Source: Eukaryota sp. TZLM1-RC
Taxonomy: Eukaryota; Protista; Metamonada: BaSk clade
DNA: 64,000 bases
Assembly: GCA_040285825.1 (NCBI GenBank)
Contig: JAUPSS010000006.1
Location: 372,001-436,000, forward strand
Direction: 5' to 3'
The notes below the pieces were generated by a model. It was given only the letters and a program-made list of their open reading frames with translations. It searched no databases and was not told the origin of the DNA. Position 1 is the first letter of the stretch. Each line of letters starts with the position of its first letter. Shown piece after piece: positions 38,690 through 51,771 of this stretch. A program made the position numbers and the translations under genes.

Positions 38690-38950
38690 AAGTTGATTTC
38701 TAATCATTGGATGAAGATGGTAAACCATTAATTGCACCTGTACTTCGTTCTAACGCAAGCATTATTAACGACAGTCTCTCAATGTATGACCATAATTATC
38801 CTGCTACTGATGCTCGCCTGTATATTCGCCCTGTATGTGCCAGAGCCAAAATACCGAAATATGATCCAGAACGCACTTTTGTCTTGCCCCAAGGTGGATC
38901 TGCGCAATCTCAAAGACTGGCACGATTAAGATACATGTCGATACACTTAT
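38690..38950 (+). pseudogene. Family X fragment
   Basis: RLYIRPVCARAKIPKYDPERTFVLP vs RLQIRPVCARARIPKYHPSTTFVLP. Confidence 0.65.
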
Positions 38951-39244
38951 CCGAACAACTCCTTGGACCCCCTTCCTTGTAGGAAGAGTTTTCTCACTCC
39001 AAGAAAGTAACGGAAATACAAAGCGTTAGCAAACACGAACAATTCTAACGTTTGTGCAGAAGGCGAAGGAGGTGAAGGCGAGCAACAGTCCACGGCTGTT
39101 TTAGTTGTGATTAATTTTGGTGTTTTTTTATCAACCTTGATACCCAATCCCAATTGTCGATAATTATTTCTACCAAATGAATATACATCACCATTTTCTA
39201 ATTATATAAAAGAATGTACTACAGACTCTTGTGTATATTAAAAA

Positions 39245-39483
39245 ATCGTTCTCAACCCTCCCGCAGATCCTCATCCTCTCAATCAACTCCTCGTCATTCT
39301 CATTTTTCCTCTCGTCAATCCCAATCCACCCCTATCCATAAGTCTTCCTCTGGTAAGCATGCTTCTTCCTCTGAATCCTCCAAATCCGCTACAAAGTATT
39401 CCTCTCCCCATAAGTCTCCTTCCCCTGTCACTTGTTTCTATTGCAAGGAACCCAACCACGTAGTAAGTGAATGTCCTAAAATA
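39245..39483 (+). mobile_element. Gag-like C-terminal fragment with zinc knuckle
   Basis: Ser-rich stretch, then CFYCKEPNHVVSEC (CX2CX4HX4C). Confidence 0.7.
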
Positions 39484-41269
39484 TGAAAGGTTAAATATGA
39501 GAATATGCAAACTCTCGGCTGTGTTTTTACTTATGTGAAAATACGTATGTGTAATTTATGTGCGAATACAGACGTACAAATAGTTCAATTAGTTTATTGT
39601 CACCCACGACAAAAATATGCTTTACAACGTATCATTCAGAATATTATTTTTCCCGTACATCTTGAGCAATGTACGTACAATGAATGTGGTGTTGTATATA
39701 CAACGTCTTGACAACTTTGATGACAATGTAGCAAACAATCACAAAAGGCAAAGTAGAGAGTATATATCATTGAATGGGTTGATACAAGAGTGGTAACATG
39801 ATTAAGTTTGATGTGTTGGGACTGTGGGGTACATGGTGTAGTATCACAAACTAATTAGGACAAGCTAGGGTGCTTCGATTGTCTAATCATCTACTTTTTG
39901 TACTCAAACTATATGAACTACCATTGGATTCCACTATGCCACTGTGGAAGACGTTTCAATATAGGTAAATATGTGCTTGTTTTCAATTAAATCAAATTAT
40001 TTGTATTTTGGGTTTATTTTGTAGTTGATACAAAGGAAGGAAACATGTTTGTTTATTACAATAATAACGATAGTAAAACTACACATACAACAGTACCATA
40101 ATGGTTGTCATACACTACACGAAGGTATACAGGTGTGTAAAGTCACATTACAACCGCCAACAATAACGTAGGGAAGACAAATTGGTGATAGAAGGTTGAT
40201 CAGGGTGGGAGCTGAGAATGGATGGTTCCGATTTCCTGATCCGGTATCTCTTCCCTCTCCCTCTGATCCTCTCTGCAGGATGTATCTCTTCCCTCTCCCT
40301 CTGATCCTCTCTGCAGGATGTATCTCTTTTGGATGTTGGATGTTGTAGATGCCGCCCATGTTGACTCCCAAGGCAGCGGAAAAGACCCCGTCACTCTTTA
40401 GCTCAAACTACATCTCCATCAACATTTCAAACTACATCTCCATCAACTCCTCCGGCAGTGCCATCCCCTTCCGTGTATGTTTTTGGACAATTGCGTAATA
40501 TTAACAGACCCTTCAATCACATAATTAGGGATTTTCAATTAGTTCTGAAAGAGCGAGAACGTGAATCTTTTTCCTTTACTTTCATTTTAATCAACAATAA
40601 AATAGAATGTATTTCCACTGAGGACCCAGAAGACATAATGAATTTTTGTAATTCAGCTAATTAATTCTAAAAGTACAATTTATATTAAAAGGTCTCATTG
40701 CCGCAGCTAAGGAGGAAAAGTCTTTGTCAATTAAATAATAAAAAATCATACTGGTCTATAAGTTTAAAACAAAAAAGGATGGGATGAAACTGAGAAGAAT
40801 TGATTCCCACTAATAGAGATACATTGCATAGGCATTTGATACCATTGTGGAAATTAGCAATCTGAAATTGCAATCATCATGTCAGACATCGTGTCAGACA
40901 GCGAGATTATCTTGACTCTTTCCATTCTTCTAACATTATGCAGCAAAACGAGGAAAAGGATGACGATGTTACAGACCCGGTTCATCTCCTCCTTCAACCT
41001 GTTCTTCACAGAACAGCAGAGTACTTCCTTTCTCCTTTGGTTTTGATCCTTCTGCGATTGTACTTGCTTATCTCTTCCCCTCATCTACACAGACTGCTTG
41101 ACGCTCCGTTCTTCTGCCATGAACATCATTTCGATACTGCTTTTGGTCTTGATCTCTCTTCTTGATTCTGTTTTTGTTGTCATTGCTAACAATTATCTCT
41201 TTCTCTCTTGATACTCCTTTCTTTTCGGATCAGTGATCATCATGATGTCTCCCTATTGTCCCGTCAGTC

Positions 41270-42030
41270 GACCGCTTTTTGTTTCATTAAATATCATTGA
41301 ACCTCAAAACTTGCTTTACAACTCTATGTTTACGTTCTACAAGTCCATTACTTTCAGAGTAGTGGGGTATTGAGTTACTTGTCTCAATAGCTAATCTGTT
41401 GCACACTATCATAAAAGTCTCATTGGCGAACTCAGAACCATTGTCACTATGAATTAACATAGGTATGCCAAAAATTGCGCAAAAGTTCCAAATTAAAGCG
41501 TCTGCGGTCTCTAAGGCATTGAGCTTTTTTAGAGGGACTAAAATTGAATATCCAATAAAAGTATCTACAAATACTAATAAGTTTTTATTACCATCGCTAT
41601 CAGTATTCAGAGGTCCAATTGTATCGACATTTAATCTAGCGAAAGGACGACCTGCCCAAAGGGAACCTGTGGAAGGTGTTTTTGTTCTTTTGACTGGTGC
41701 CGTTTTTTGACAAGTTGGGCATCTTTTGATATGGATTAAGAGGTCCTTTCAAATATTAGGCCAGAAAAAATCGCTTTTAGACAGTTCATGTAGACCTTTG
41801 TGTTTGCTGGGGTGGCCAGATTGAATTAATCCATGTATTAATAGTAAAGCCTGTTTCCTGAGGCCTTTTGGAATCAAAATTGTTTTGCTATTTTTCCAAA
41901 TTTGAGTATTTTCATCTAAAATTGCATTCTCAAATAGAGAGTCATTGTTATTTATGGCTATTTGTTGTTCAGATCTTATTTTAGAGAACCAACAAGAAAA
42001 TATAGGTAAGTCCTGGTGTCTACTTAAGGA
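41270..42030 (-). mobile_element. Second Ty3/Gypsy integrase fragment (different subfamily)
   Basis: Minus strand: GHPS...FWPNI*...CPTCQK...GSLWAGRPFARLNVDTIGPL...HSDNGSEF...SNGLVERK. Confidence 0.9.
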
Positions 42031-42121
42031 TGAGATTGATGGAATTTCTTCGAAGTATGAATCAGAATCATCATCTACTGATACTGATACTGTTTAAAAT
42101 TAAATCGAAGATAATCTCTAC

Positions 42122-42590
42122 TGTTTGACAATGATTCAATATTATTCTCAATATTCTCAACAAGATTACAGAAATGAAACCAATCTCTACAAAATTAAAT
42201 TGTTTGACAATGATTCAATATTATTCTCAGTATTCTCAACAAGATTACAGAAATGAAACCAATCTCTACAAAATTAAATTGTTTGACAATGATTCAATAT
42301 TATTCTCAATATTCTCAACAAGATTACAGAAATGAAACCAATCTCTACAAAATTAAATTGTTTGACAATGATTCAATATTATTCTCAGTATTCTCAACAA
42401 GATTACAGAAATGAAACCAATCTCTACAAAATTAAATTGTTTGACAATGATTCAATATTATTCTCAATATTCTCACTCAAGCTTACAGAAATGAAACCAA
42501 TCTCTACAAGATTAAACTGTTTGACAATGATTCAATATTATTCTCAATATTCTCAACAAGCTTACAGAAATGAAACCAATCTCTACAAAA
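42122..42590. repeat. Tandem repeat, ~6 x 79 bp
   Basis: tgtttgacaatgattcaatattattctc... recurs at 42122, 42201, 42280, 42359, 42438 and 42518. Confidence 0.95.
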
Positions 42591-44378
42591 TGTCTTATTG
42601 TCAACATGTGTAGTAGTGTTTTTCAAATCCAAGACTACTTAATGGTAGATTATAGATATCAAAGACACAACTAATTTGTATGATTTAAATCAAAACATAG
42701 TTTATTAATACATTAAATAACTATTTCACAACAGTTGTGAGAAACATAAAAACAAGGTATGAAGTTTATTACTAAATTAAAGTGATGCTTTACAAAATAC
42801 AACAAAAGAAAAACAAAAACTAACAAATGGCAAATAGTAATTGTCAAATTCATCCAACTTGTGGGTACAGAATACTGTGTTGGTGTGTCAGGAGCCTGTT
42901 TTGGGAATTATAGGTCAGGAGATGAAGGAATAGAGTAAAGTCGAGGGGACAGCTGTCTGTGTGCTTTTGAAGGAGAGTCAGTTGCTGTGTTAGGAAAAGT
43001 GAGATTTGGAAAGAAATGACTCCATACAAGACTCAGAAGGTCTGATTTGCGTCTAAAGTGTGACTTGGGGTATGAAAGTTGTGTTCTCTTCAGAAGATTC
43101 TGCGGTTGTGACACCGTTGAAAAGAGGAGATCATTTGGTGTCAGGTTGTCAAGGTTGTCAAGGTTGTCAAGAGTCATTGCAGAAAGAAACTACCAAATGA
43201 GTGTGAGCAGGACACAAACAATTGAGGTTGTTCATCTCTTTTCCTTTCCTTATTACAATGTCCAGGAGACCTAACACCAAAAATCTCTCAAGGACTCGCA
43301 CCCCTCTTTTCCAGCTTCTGGCTCACACAGCAGCCAATAATTCTGATGAAGATTTTCTGCTTGGTGTACGACTAAGCAATGGTATGATTCATCTCAACTT
43401 ACTTCAGGGAATATTTATCGGATCGGGTATTCTGACGGTCATGAGACCAATGATTTAGAGGAGCTCACAAGATTCATTTTTTTCAATGATATGAGCGTAA
43501 CAGATGTTCTTAATACCTGGAAAGAACCTATATGTCCTTCTGATTGGTTTCAGTGCTGTTCGTGATTACTCATGAGACGATGACTCTTAATAGCGTTCTT
43601 CATCTCCTTCTGATCCGAACTCACCATTTCATAAAACATCAACCTATACAATGTTATAACATGTCAATGTTGTTACATTCAACATTCTTGATCAGTTAAC
43701 GTGTCAACTATCTGTGTTATACCTAAATTATCTTAAAAATTGGAAAGAAAGTAGACAAGATGACCGTCATGATTTTGAATGGTGGTCACCATTTCAAGAG
43801 TCAGTCTTTGTTGAGAGTGACGCTACACACCTATATGACCTACCAAAAAATTCTGAAGTTCAATCGGAAAATTCTGGTAAATCAAATAATTCTGGTAAAA
43901 AGCAACAAGAAATTTGGAACAAAGAACACATAAGGAAAAACGAAGAGCTCGCCGTGAAGCCAAAACCAAATCACGCAATTGTACTGTTGTACATTTGAAC
44001 ATGAACAACCTTAAAGAACTATTGGATTATCTCCCTTCCAAAAGAGATAAAATAATGGTTCTGATGGGAGGTCACATGACATGCTATTGCTCGGAGTTCA
44101 TCTCCATCTATGTATCACCGACATGCTCCAACTTCGAGTATCCAGAGTATATTGCCATCAAAAAAGCAGTACTCATGATAAGGGCTTTATTGGCCATTGG
44201 TGGCTGATGAAAGTTAGTGGCAATGGCGAATCTGTATTCATCACAATTTTTAACTCCCTTTGTGACGATGATAATTACGATGAAAAATATTTTTATATTG
44301 AAAATTATATTAAACTATTCTTTTGCCATTTATTGATGATTTTATTCATCAACGAACATGAAAACATAAAATACACAG

Positions 44379-45616
44379 TTAAAACTCCACGTCCTCAAAA
44401 CCTGCCTCTTTTACTTCAAAACAATTAATTGCCAAAGATTCAGAAAATTTCCCAAAAGAAGACAGTGAATCAAAAATCAGTTTTACCATTCCCTTAAAAA
44501 CAGAAAATACAATCCTGTTTTGCCAGTAAACACGATTGAAAATTCTTCCAGTTCTTTCCTTTACAACTGCATTAAAATCTTCAAGGAAAGCCATAGCAGC
44601 CTTACCCAAAGATCCAAGCAAAGAAAATACAAAGGGACATAAATTATATTGGGCATGAGAATTTTCATTAATCGAGGAAATGGGTTTCGCATATTTAGCA
44701 ATTTTATATTTTTCGCCTGCAAGAAGAGGATTATTTACATCTGAGTTAATGAGATGTTCGTTAGAGGCATTACAAGGGTCAATAGACATGGCGTCTAAAA
44801 TAGTAAAACTACCATTTAAACCGGGAACAACTAGATCAGCTCTTGTCAGACCCATAGAAGCTCTGTTGTAACGCGTACTATCAATATTGGGATCATCAAG
44901 AATTAATTTTGATAACAGCGGTTCTAAAAAGGAATCTACTCGATATGATTTGCACATTACATAAATTTGGTCCCTGACGTTATTATGCACTTTGCTTCTA
45001 AATGTAATAAAATGTTTACAGTTCAAAAGATGAGTAAACAAAAGAGGTTTACTACATTTACAAGTTAAATGATTGGGCAAATTGTTTGGCCACAGAAAAC
45101 AACGAAAACGCATGTTTAAAAGCCATTCATTGTTTATTAACAAAAGTCCATATACAGAGGGAATTTGAGTTACTAACGCAGCAGCAGAGCTATCACGAAT
45201 ATCCTTTAAAAAATTACCGAAAGCGGGATTTTTAGTTTTGGCCAAGCCATGTCTTACTTCACCTAAATCAAAAAGACTAAGAACCAATTACTTTAATTGG
45301 TATTCTAAGAACAAAAAACATGACTTCGAATTAAAGATTCATTTACCTCCAATAATGAGGAAAAAAATTTGGCCCGAAGTTTGTTGAAAGATCTACAAAA
45401 ATCAAAAGACACTGAAGGAGGAGTTGATCTTAAAATATGAGTGAATTTAGCAGAATAACAAATTTTTAAAATAAAAAATTTGATGTGCTTTTCAATATCA
45501 AATTCAGCAATAAAACTAAGATCCTTATCAAAATTTTCCAATAAATTGTTCAATTGAGAATAAATTTCATCCAAATTACCTAACCAACATCCAAGATGGT
45601 CCAAGGTTTTCACCAA
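44379..45616 (-). mobile_element. RLE-type (CRE/R2-like) non-LTR retrotransposon 3' part: RT end, Zn finger, restriction-like endonuclease
   Basis: DHLGCWLG; CKCSKPLLFTHLLNC; HNNVRD; RADL; EKYKIAKY; PFVFSLLGSLG. Internal deletion or frame break near 45300. Confidence 0.9.
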
Positions 45617-46218
45617 TAACAGTCAACCTGAGACAATTTTTGGCTGTTATTAACCGATTTAAAAATCTATTCCAACTCCACAGCAAGCCTTTCTACGAGA
45701 ATGATATTGTACCTTTGCTTCCTGATGATACTTCCTCGATTTTTCATACCCTTTCCGTCTCCTCGATCTTTCATACCCTTTCAACCTTCTTCCTGCTTCT
45801 TCTACTGATAGTTCTCCACGTACTTGTTGTCATTGTTGTTCTCAAGATTCTACTTCTCACGTTCCTGTTACTATCATCAAGAACTATCAAGTGAATGCAA
45901 ATGTGACCAATATGTACAATAGTGTTTTTATCACTTGCAAGGATGAAGATTTACCAACTGGCTCCTTTGCATTCAATCTCCGAGACTGTGACTATAAATA
46001 TTTAAAATTCGAAAGAACCGACACAAAGACCAAGTTTTTTCGCTCTTTAAACAAATGTTTAGTGCACGAAAAGCAACACAGACGCTGCATGATAACTGGA
46101 ATCGTCGGCCCTTTCCATATGAAGCTCAAGATTTTGTGAAGAAATTCAATCTCAACTAGACGAGATGGAAGGAGAAAACGACACAACTGAGGGATCAGAA
46201 ATCAAATCACTACTCAAA

Positions 46219-46656
46219 GTTACGGAAATTTTTGAAAATTTGACAACCTTTTAATCTCTTGGTCAAAACTGAAACAATAATACCATGACAAAAACTTTTA
46301 TTGTTATTGTTACAAGACTTTTGCTAGTTGAGACAGATCTTAATGTTTAATTTAGCTCTGCTCATATTAAATAAAAATTGCATTGCTCAGACTGTTGAAA
46401 CATAAATAAATACCAATATTGATTTATAACACAATACTGAAAAAGAAATAATTACTCAAAAGTATCTAGTAAAGACATAGTTAAAAGCATAAATCTCAAA
46501 ACATTACCTATTTCTATTCATATCATTACAACCAAACACTTCATAAACTACTAATATTCTTGAATCCAATTTATTTTTATCTTTTCACACCAATTTAAAC
46601 GTAAATAACTGAGTAATTTTCAACGAGAGGAGAGAGAAGAGTCGGCATCATCAACA
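46219..46656 (+). repeat. ~435-bp dispersed repeat (partner of 24446-24879)
   Basis: Reverse-complement match. Confidence 0.9.
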
Positions 46657-47279
46657 CGAAATAATTTATTTTCACAAACCCCCATCGGAAATACTACTTT
46701 TATTGTTTCAACTGACAAAGTACTGCATATGTTTTTTATTTTAATAAGATTTTCATCTTGGTTATTTTTATCACCATTTTCTAGTTCTGCTGCTTCCCTC
46801 AATTATTTTGACGATTGTTGGTTGAACTCCAAACATTGAGGAAGTTCCTTATTGGACATATAAATTCCACTAACTAAACCTCTAACAGCAGTACTACTGA
46901 GGTTCAGTAAGTGGTTTGTTATACCGCAATCGGGTTCTCTGCCTACAGAACACTGTGAGATATCCATGTTGGGTGTGTTACTTTGTGATAATGATGTTAC
47001 TTTCTGTTGTTTTTTGTTGTCATTGTTTGTGTCTTTATTTAGGTTTACGTGTTATCGGTTTAATAGTGATCACCCTTGTTGTTTCAATCTGCTGAAGCAT
47101 TGGCAAGGTGTTTATGAACTTAATGAAACTAATGAAATTGAGATTTAACTATGTTCTTACTAGATACTTTTGTAGTTGATATTGTATTCTGTTTTGATTT
47201 TGTAAATTAACCTTAGTTTTAACAGACTCAACCGGAGCTTCATCTGTTTTAGTTGAAGAAGTGTTGAGTATTCCAGCGA

Positions 47280-47430
47280 TGCCAAGGATCCAATGCGCCA
47301 CACCAGAAAGTATGTTTATTGTGTATAACTAATATCAGCAATTACAGAAGAGAAATGTATCGTCTAACAACCTCACTGAGCATTTTTTTTAAGTTATTGG
47401 ATCCAGATGCGTTTATTTGTTATGCGAACG
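47280..47430 (+). pseudogene. Family X fragment with intron
   Basis: Near match to 22195-22335. Confidence 0.65.
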
Positions 47431-48749
47431 ATGTTGGCGCCTTTAGGCTTTTATAATATGAATAGAAAATAAATCAGTTATCTTAACCACACTTTTCCAA
47501 TTTACGGCATCACCGAACCTATAGAAAACCTTCCTTCTCCTTCTGCTATTCTTTCTTCCTGATCTTTAATCGACTCATCAAATCTGTCTGCTACTGCTTT
47601 TCCTCCAGGTATGTGTACACTTTCTGGTGATCCTAAGGCTAACCAATCCTGTTCTTCTCTCAGTTGTTTTTCTATTTCTTGTTTCTTTTTTTCATCTAAT
47701 TCAAACTTTTTCTTGATTTCTGTCCCTGCTTGAGACATATGTTTCATTTCTTTTTTCAGATCTTTTGGTAATTGTGCTTGTCCAATGGCACTTTCTTCTT
47801 GTAATTGTTGTTCGTCTTCTGCAGGTTCCATTGCTTGTACATCTCCTTCTAAATGTGGTAGTACACTTGCTGATAAGTGTTTCTTAATTGGAAAGTATAT
47901 TAGAAGCTGATGGGTTGGGTAATATTCCCGAGTCTGATTTGGAAAATAAAATAAAACAAAATACAAACATTACAATGGAAGAAATTCGTAATTTTTCTGA
48001 TAATCTTGCCATGGAAATTAGAACAGCATCAGTTGTAATGAATAGAATTAGAATTGACACTTTACATTCTGATGGTTCAGATATTAAAATTAATCAGGAA
48101 ATTAAATCATTTACAGAGATGGTTCAACAAGCAATTGCAAATACATCAACAGAAATGTCAACTGATTTTAAAGGATATTTGGAAAGTTTACAAGATGTTG
48201 AATCAAAAAATAAATTGAGTTCAACTGGACTGTATTTTTGGTGGTTAATGGATGATTATTTTATTATTATTATAATGTTATTATTATGTTAATGTTGAAT
48301 ACATTATGTTTGCAATGGATTTAAAATACATTATTTTCTGCATAGTAAATGATACGTGACTTTATTATAAGAGTTTCAATTATTATTATGAAATCTGTTG
48401 CTAATGATCATGATTTGTTTGATGATGATCATAGAATTGCAAAATATAGTTCAAGTGTTCATGATGATGATGATAAAATTAGTTTTAATGTTGGAGATGA
48501 ATATGTTCGTGGATTTATTAATTATGACATTACAATTCCCAATATTATTACATCCAAATTTGATGCGTTTCAATATTGTTTTGATACAATATAGAAAGAG
48601 AGAACAACAAATCATAAAAAAATACGTTAATTGTGATTTTTTCTGTAATGTCCAAAATCGAGAAATATTTATTTGTGACATTTCCATTGTTCGAAATGAT
48701 GCATTTAAAAAAAATCATTTATCTATTAATCTAAACATATTTTCAACTT

Positions 48750-49020
48750 TCATATCATTTGAACAATGACTTAAATTTAAATGATTTAATTCAATTGCAA
48801 ATTTAGCAAAATCATCATCATTTCTCAATCTTTCTGAACAAAATTCAAAATTTTCAGGCATTTTTTTAATTGCAAATTTAGCAAAATCTTTATTATCTCT
48901 CAATCTTTCTGAACAAAATTCAAAATTTTCAGGTAATACTTCAATTGCAATTTTAGCAAAATCTTTATTATCTCTCAATCTTTCCGATAACCATTCAAAT
49001 GCATAACCATCTTTTTCAAT
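48750..49020 (-). pseudogene. DUF4116-like repeat protein fragment
   Basis: Repeated FEFCSERLRDNKDFAK(I/F)AI units of 25 aa. Confidence 0.7.
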
Positions 49021-49032
49021 CTTTATTTCAAA

Positions 49033-49683
49033 ATGGCATTATCACTATCAGCACTTACATCTAGTGATTTATCAAAATTTGTGAAAAAAGACGAAGTTGA
49101 AGAATTGGATGATGAAGATGAACAATCATTTGATACATCGAGTTTTATGGAATTAATTGGAGACAAAAAAGATGAATCTGAAAATGAAGATGATGAACAA
49201 TCAGATAGTGAATCAGATAATGGTTCAATTTCAACAACCCAAAATGAAATGTTTAATCAAAAACAAGACGAAAGTTTCAAGACAGAAAGATTTAAACCAA
49301 GTGAAATTTTTTCAAATAAAAAACAAGATGAAAGTTTCAAGACAGAAAGATGTAGACCAAGTGAAATGTTTAATAAACCAGATAAAATGTTTAATCAAAA
49401 ACAGGACGAAAGTGTCAAGACAGAAAGATTTAATAAACCAGATAAAATGTTTAATCAAAAACAGGACGAAAGTGTCAAGACAGAAAGATTTAATAAACCA
49501 GATGAAATGTTTAATCAAAAACAGGACGAAAGTGTCAAGACAGAAAGATTTAACAAACCAAGTGAAATGTTCAACAAAAAACCAGAAAGTTCAAGTAGAG
49601 AATCAGAGGAAACAGATTTAAATAAAAAATCAGAAACATTTTTAAAGGGAGGAAGTCCAAAATTAGAATCATTTAATAAATAA
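49033..49683 (+). CDS. Acidic low-complexity protein with 20-aa (60-bp) tandem repeats
   Basis: ATG-to-stop ORF of 216 aa with MFNQKQDES(V/F)KTERFNKPD repeats. Confidence 0.55.
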   Translation: MALSLSALTSSDLSKFVKKDEVEELDDEDEQSFDTSSFMELIGDKKDESENEDDEQSDSESDNGSISTTQNEMFNQKQDESFKTERFKPSEIFSNKKQDESFKTERCRPSEMFNKPDKMFNQKQDESVKTERFNKPDKMFNQKQDESVKTERFNKPDEMFNQKQDESVKTERFNKPSEMFNKKPESSSRESEETDLNKKSETFLKGGSPKLESFNK

Positions 49684-49730
49684 AATAAATCATCTTTATC
49701 TTAATTCCACTTTTCCAACCTACGGCATCA

Positions 49731-51760
49731 ACAAGACAGGTCTCTTGTTTCTTCATGGGAAAATTCTTTAGTGCCTTATAGAAATTCATTCAATCTTTTT
49801 CTCAATGCTTGGCTGCAGTGTCAGAAACGTAATTTTATCAATAGAAAGGGCTTTCTCCTTACCTTGCTTGTCGGGCTCGTCAATTAGCGTCTAACGTGAA
49901 GACAAGTCTACCTAAAATTTGTCAATCCTGGACAAAAAATTTTATTCGTGGTCATTGTAGAGCTCTAGATAAAACAAATGTTTCTGCCAATTATCCTCTC
50001 TCTCTTGCCAGATGAACCATTAGCCCAACCCGAAGAAGTAGTTGCTGATTCTGTTCTCAAACACTACATCAATTTCAATCGGAATAATTCAAGAGAAAGA
50101 TTCTTTTTATTAAATGCATGTAAATTTATCTTGAATATCCTTCAAAGATTTCCTGTAGGAAAGTGGCACTTTTTAAAAAATCATCTTCTGAAATCTCCTA
50201 CGCTGCTGTGGATAAAGTGAATATATTTCAAACCCGCAAACTGTTTCCGCTGTTGTGCTATAAGGGAACTAGTATCAAAATTATGGTTGCTGTTTCAACT
50301 TGGCTGAAAAAAAATTAAATTTTCAAAAATCAGATCTGATCAGAAGACACGTCTTTTGTATGAGTTAGATGCTGACTTTGTCCGTAAATAAATATTGTTG
50401 TATGTTTATATTGTGTTTCAGTTGTCCTTTTTCGCAGATATCGCACATACCCTCAACACCAAACTCCTGCTCCTACTGAACTAGTTTCGTCCCATCGTCC
50501 ACGTCGACGTTACCGAAAACATATGTATGTTTTTTCTGTTTATTTATTTCAGTCCACTTGTTGATCATGCCGCCAATAGATCCTTCAACCATGTGGTGCG
50601 CTATTTTCAAAAAGCCCTTGCTGAAGATAAATGTGAGTACAAATGTTTCACCTTTCTTAAAGGTTTGATTTCTGATGCTAAGACCAGGAGATAATCATGA
50701 ATTGATTCGTTCTGTTCTTCATGATTATGAAGGCAAAGCCAAACATCTTGAAAAACAAAGCCAAGTTACTAGGCCAAGCCGAGGTCAATAGCAAGTTTGA
50801 TACCATTGGTTATTTGGTTTTGGACAATATGATTTTCCGATTGGTTTCAAGAGGGCTTTCCGGAAAAAGCATCTGTATGTCTCTGGTCCTTCCTCCATCG
50901 TTGAAACAACCATCATTAGATTACTGAAAAAAGTATGTTTTTTACTGAAAACTAACCCTAGGCTGGACTCAAAGTCTATATGGCTCCCGATGCTGGGAAA
51001 TTCGAAGACTTTGAGAATTTTCGATACGACGTCTGCATTGCTGATGAACCAAATAGAATTGGAACACAGCAAATCTCTCATTGGATGGCCTGGCTTGACG
51101 GAGGGTATGTAATTTTTTATTACTAATCACAGTTGCATGAATGTCAATGCGAGATATCACAATGTCGCGAAAACCCAAAATCTAACAACAATTTTTCTTT
51201 CAAACCTCTGAATGAATTGGTTTTGGGTATGTTTATTTTTATTTTATTAATTCTAGATACAGTGGACGAAGAACAGAAAAACAACATGTGTATTGGTTGT
51301 TGAATCTGCTCTAAATCCAGTGGAAGTACTACATGATGATGGTATGTATATTTTTACTGTTTAACCTTAGGATCAAGAATTGTGCACAACTATCACAGCT
51401 CCAAGGCAGGAATTCCTGTAATGTTGGCCATTTGGAAGCCCATTGTTCAAGAGCAGGTAGCCAAGGACTACAAAAACATCAACAGTATTCGCCCAGTTGT
51501 ATGTAAAACTCAGCCTACTCACCACAAATTCGTATAAGATATTTTCGATGCCGTCGAGTCAAGAGAGCAGGTGATACTGAATGGCAGATATGTATCTCTG
51601 GCCAATCTCAATTGTGCTTTACATCTCTCCATGAGGATGTAGCACAAGATATATTCGAGGTTGGTCAGCGACTCTCTGATTGGACTCCTCAACTCGAACA
51701 GTCTCCTCAACAACAATCAGCTGCTCCTGTTACACAGAATCAGAACTCCTCCTAACCCTG
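49731..51760 (+). mobile_element. Multi-intron CRESS-like Rep pseudogene (N-terminal extension, possible HUH motif I, SF3 helicase, C-terminal domain)
   Basis: FLLNACKFIL(x)YP at 50101-50141 with a 1-nt loss; HLYVSGPSSIVETT (Walker A, GK>VE); YDVCIADEP; WLDGG-CMNVNARY; TIFLSN. Introns at 50933-50961, 51105-51132, 51227-51256 and 51342-51370. Confidence 0.75.
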
Positions 51761-51771
51761 GGATGGGATAT

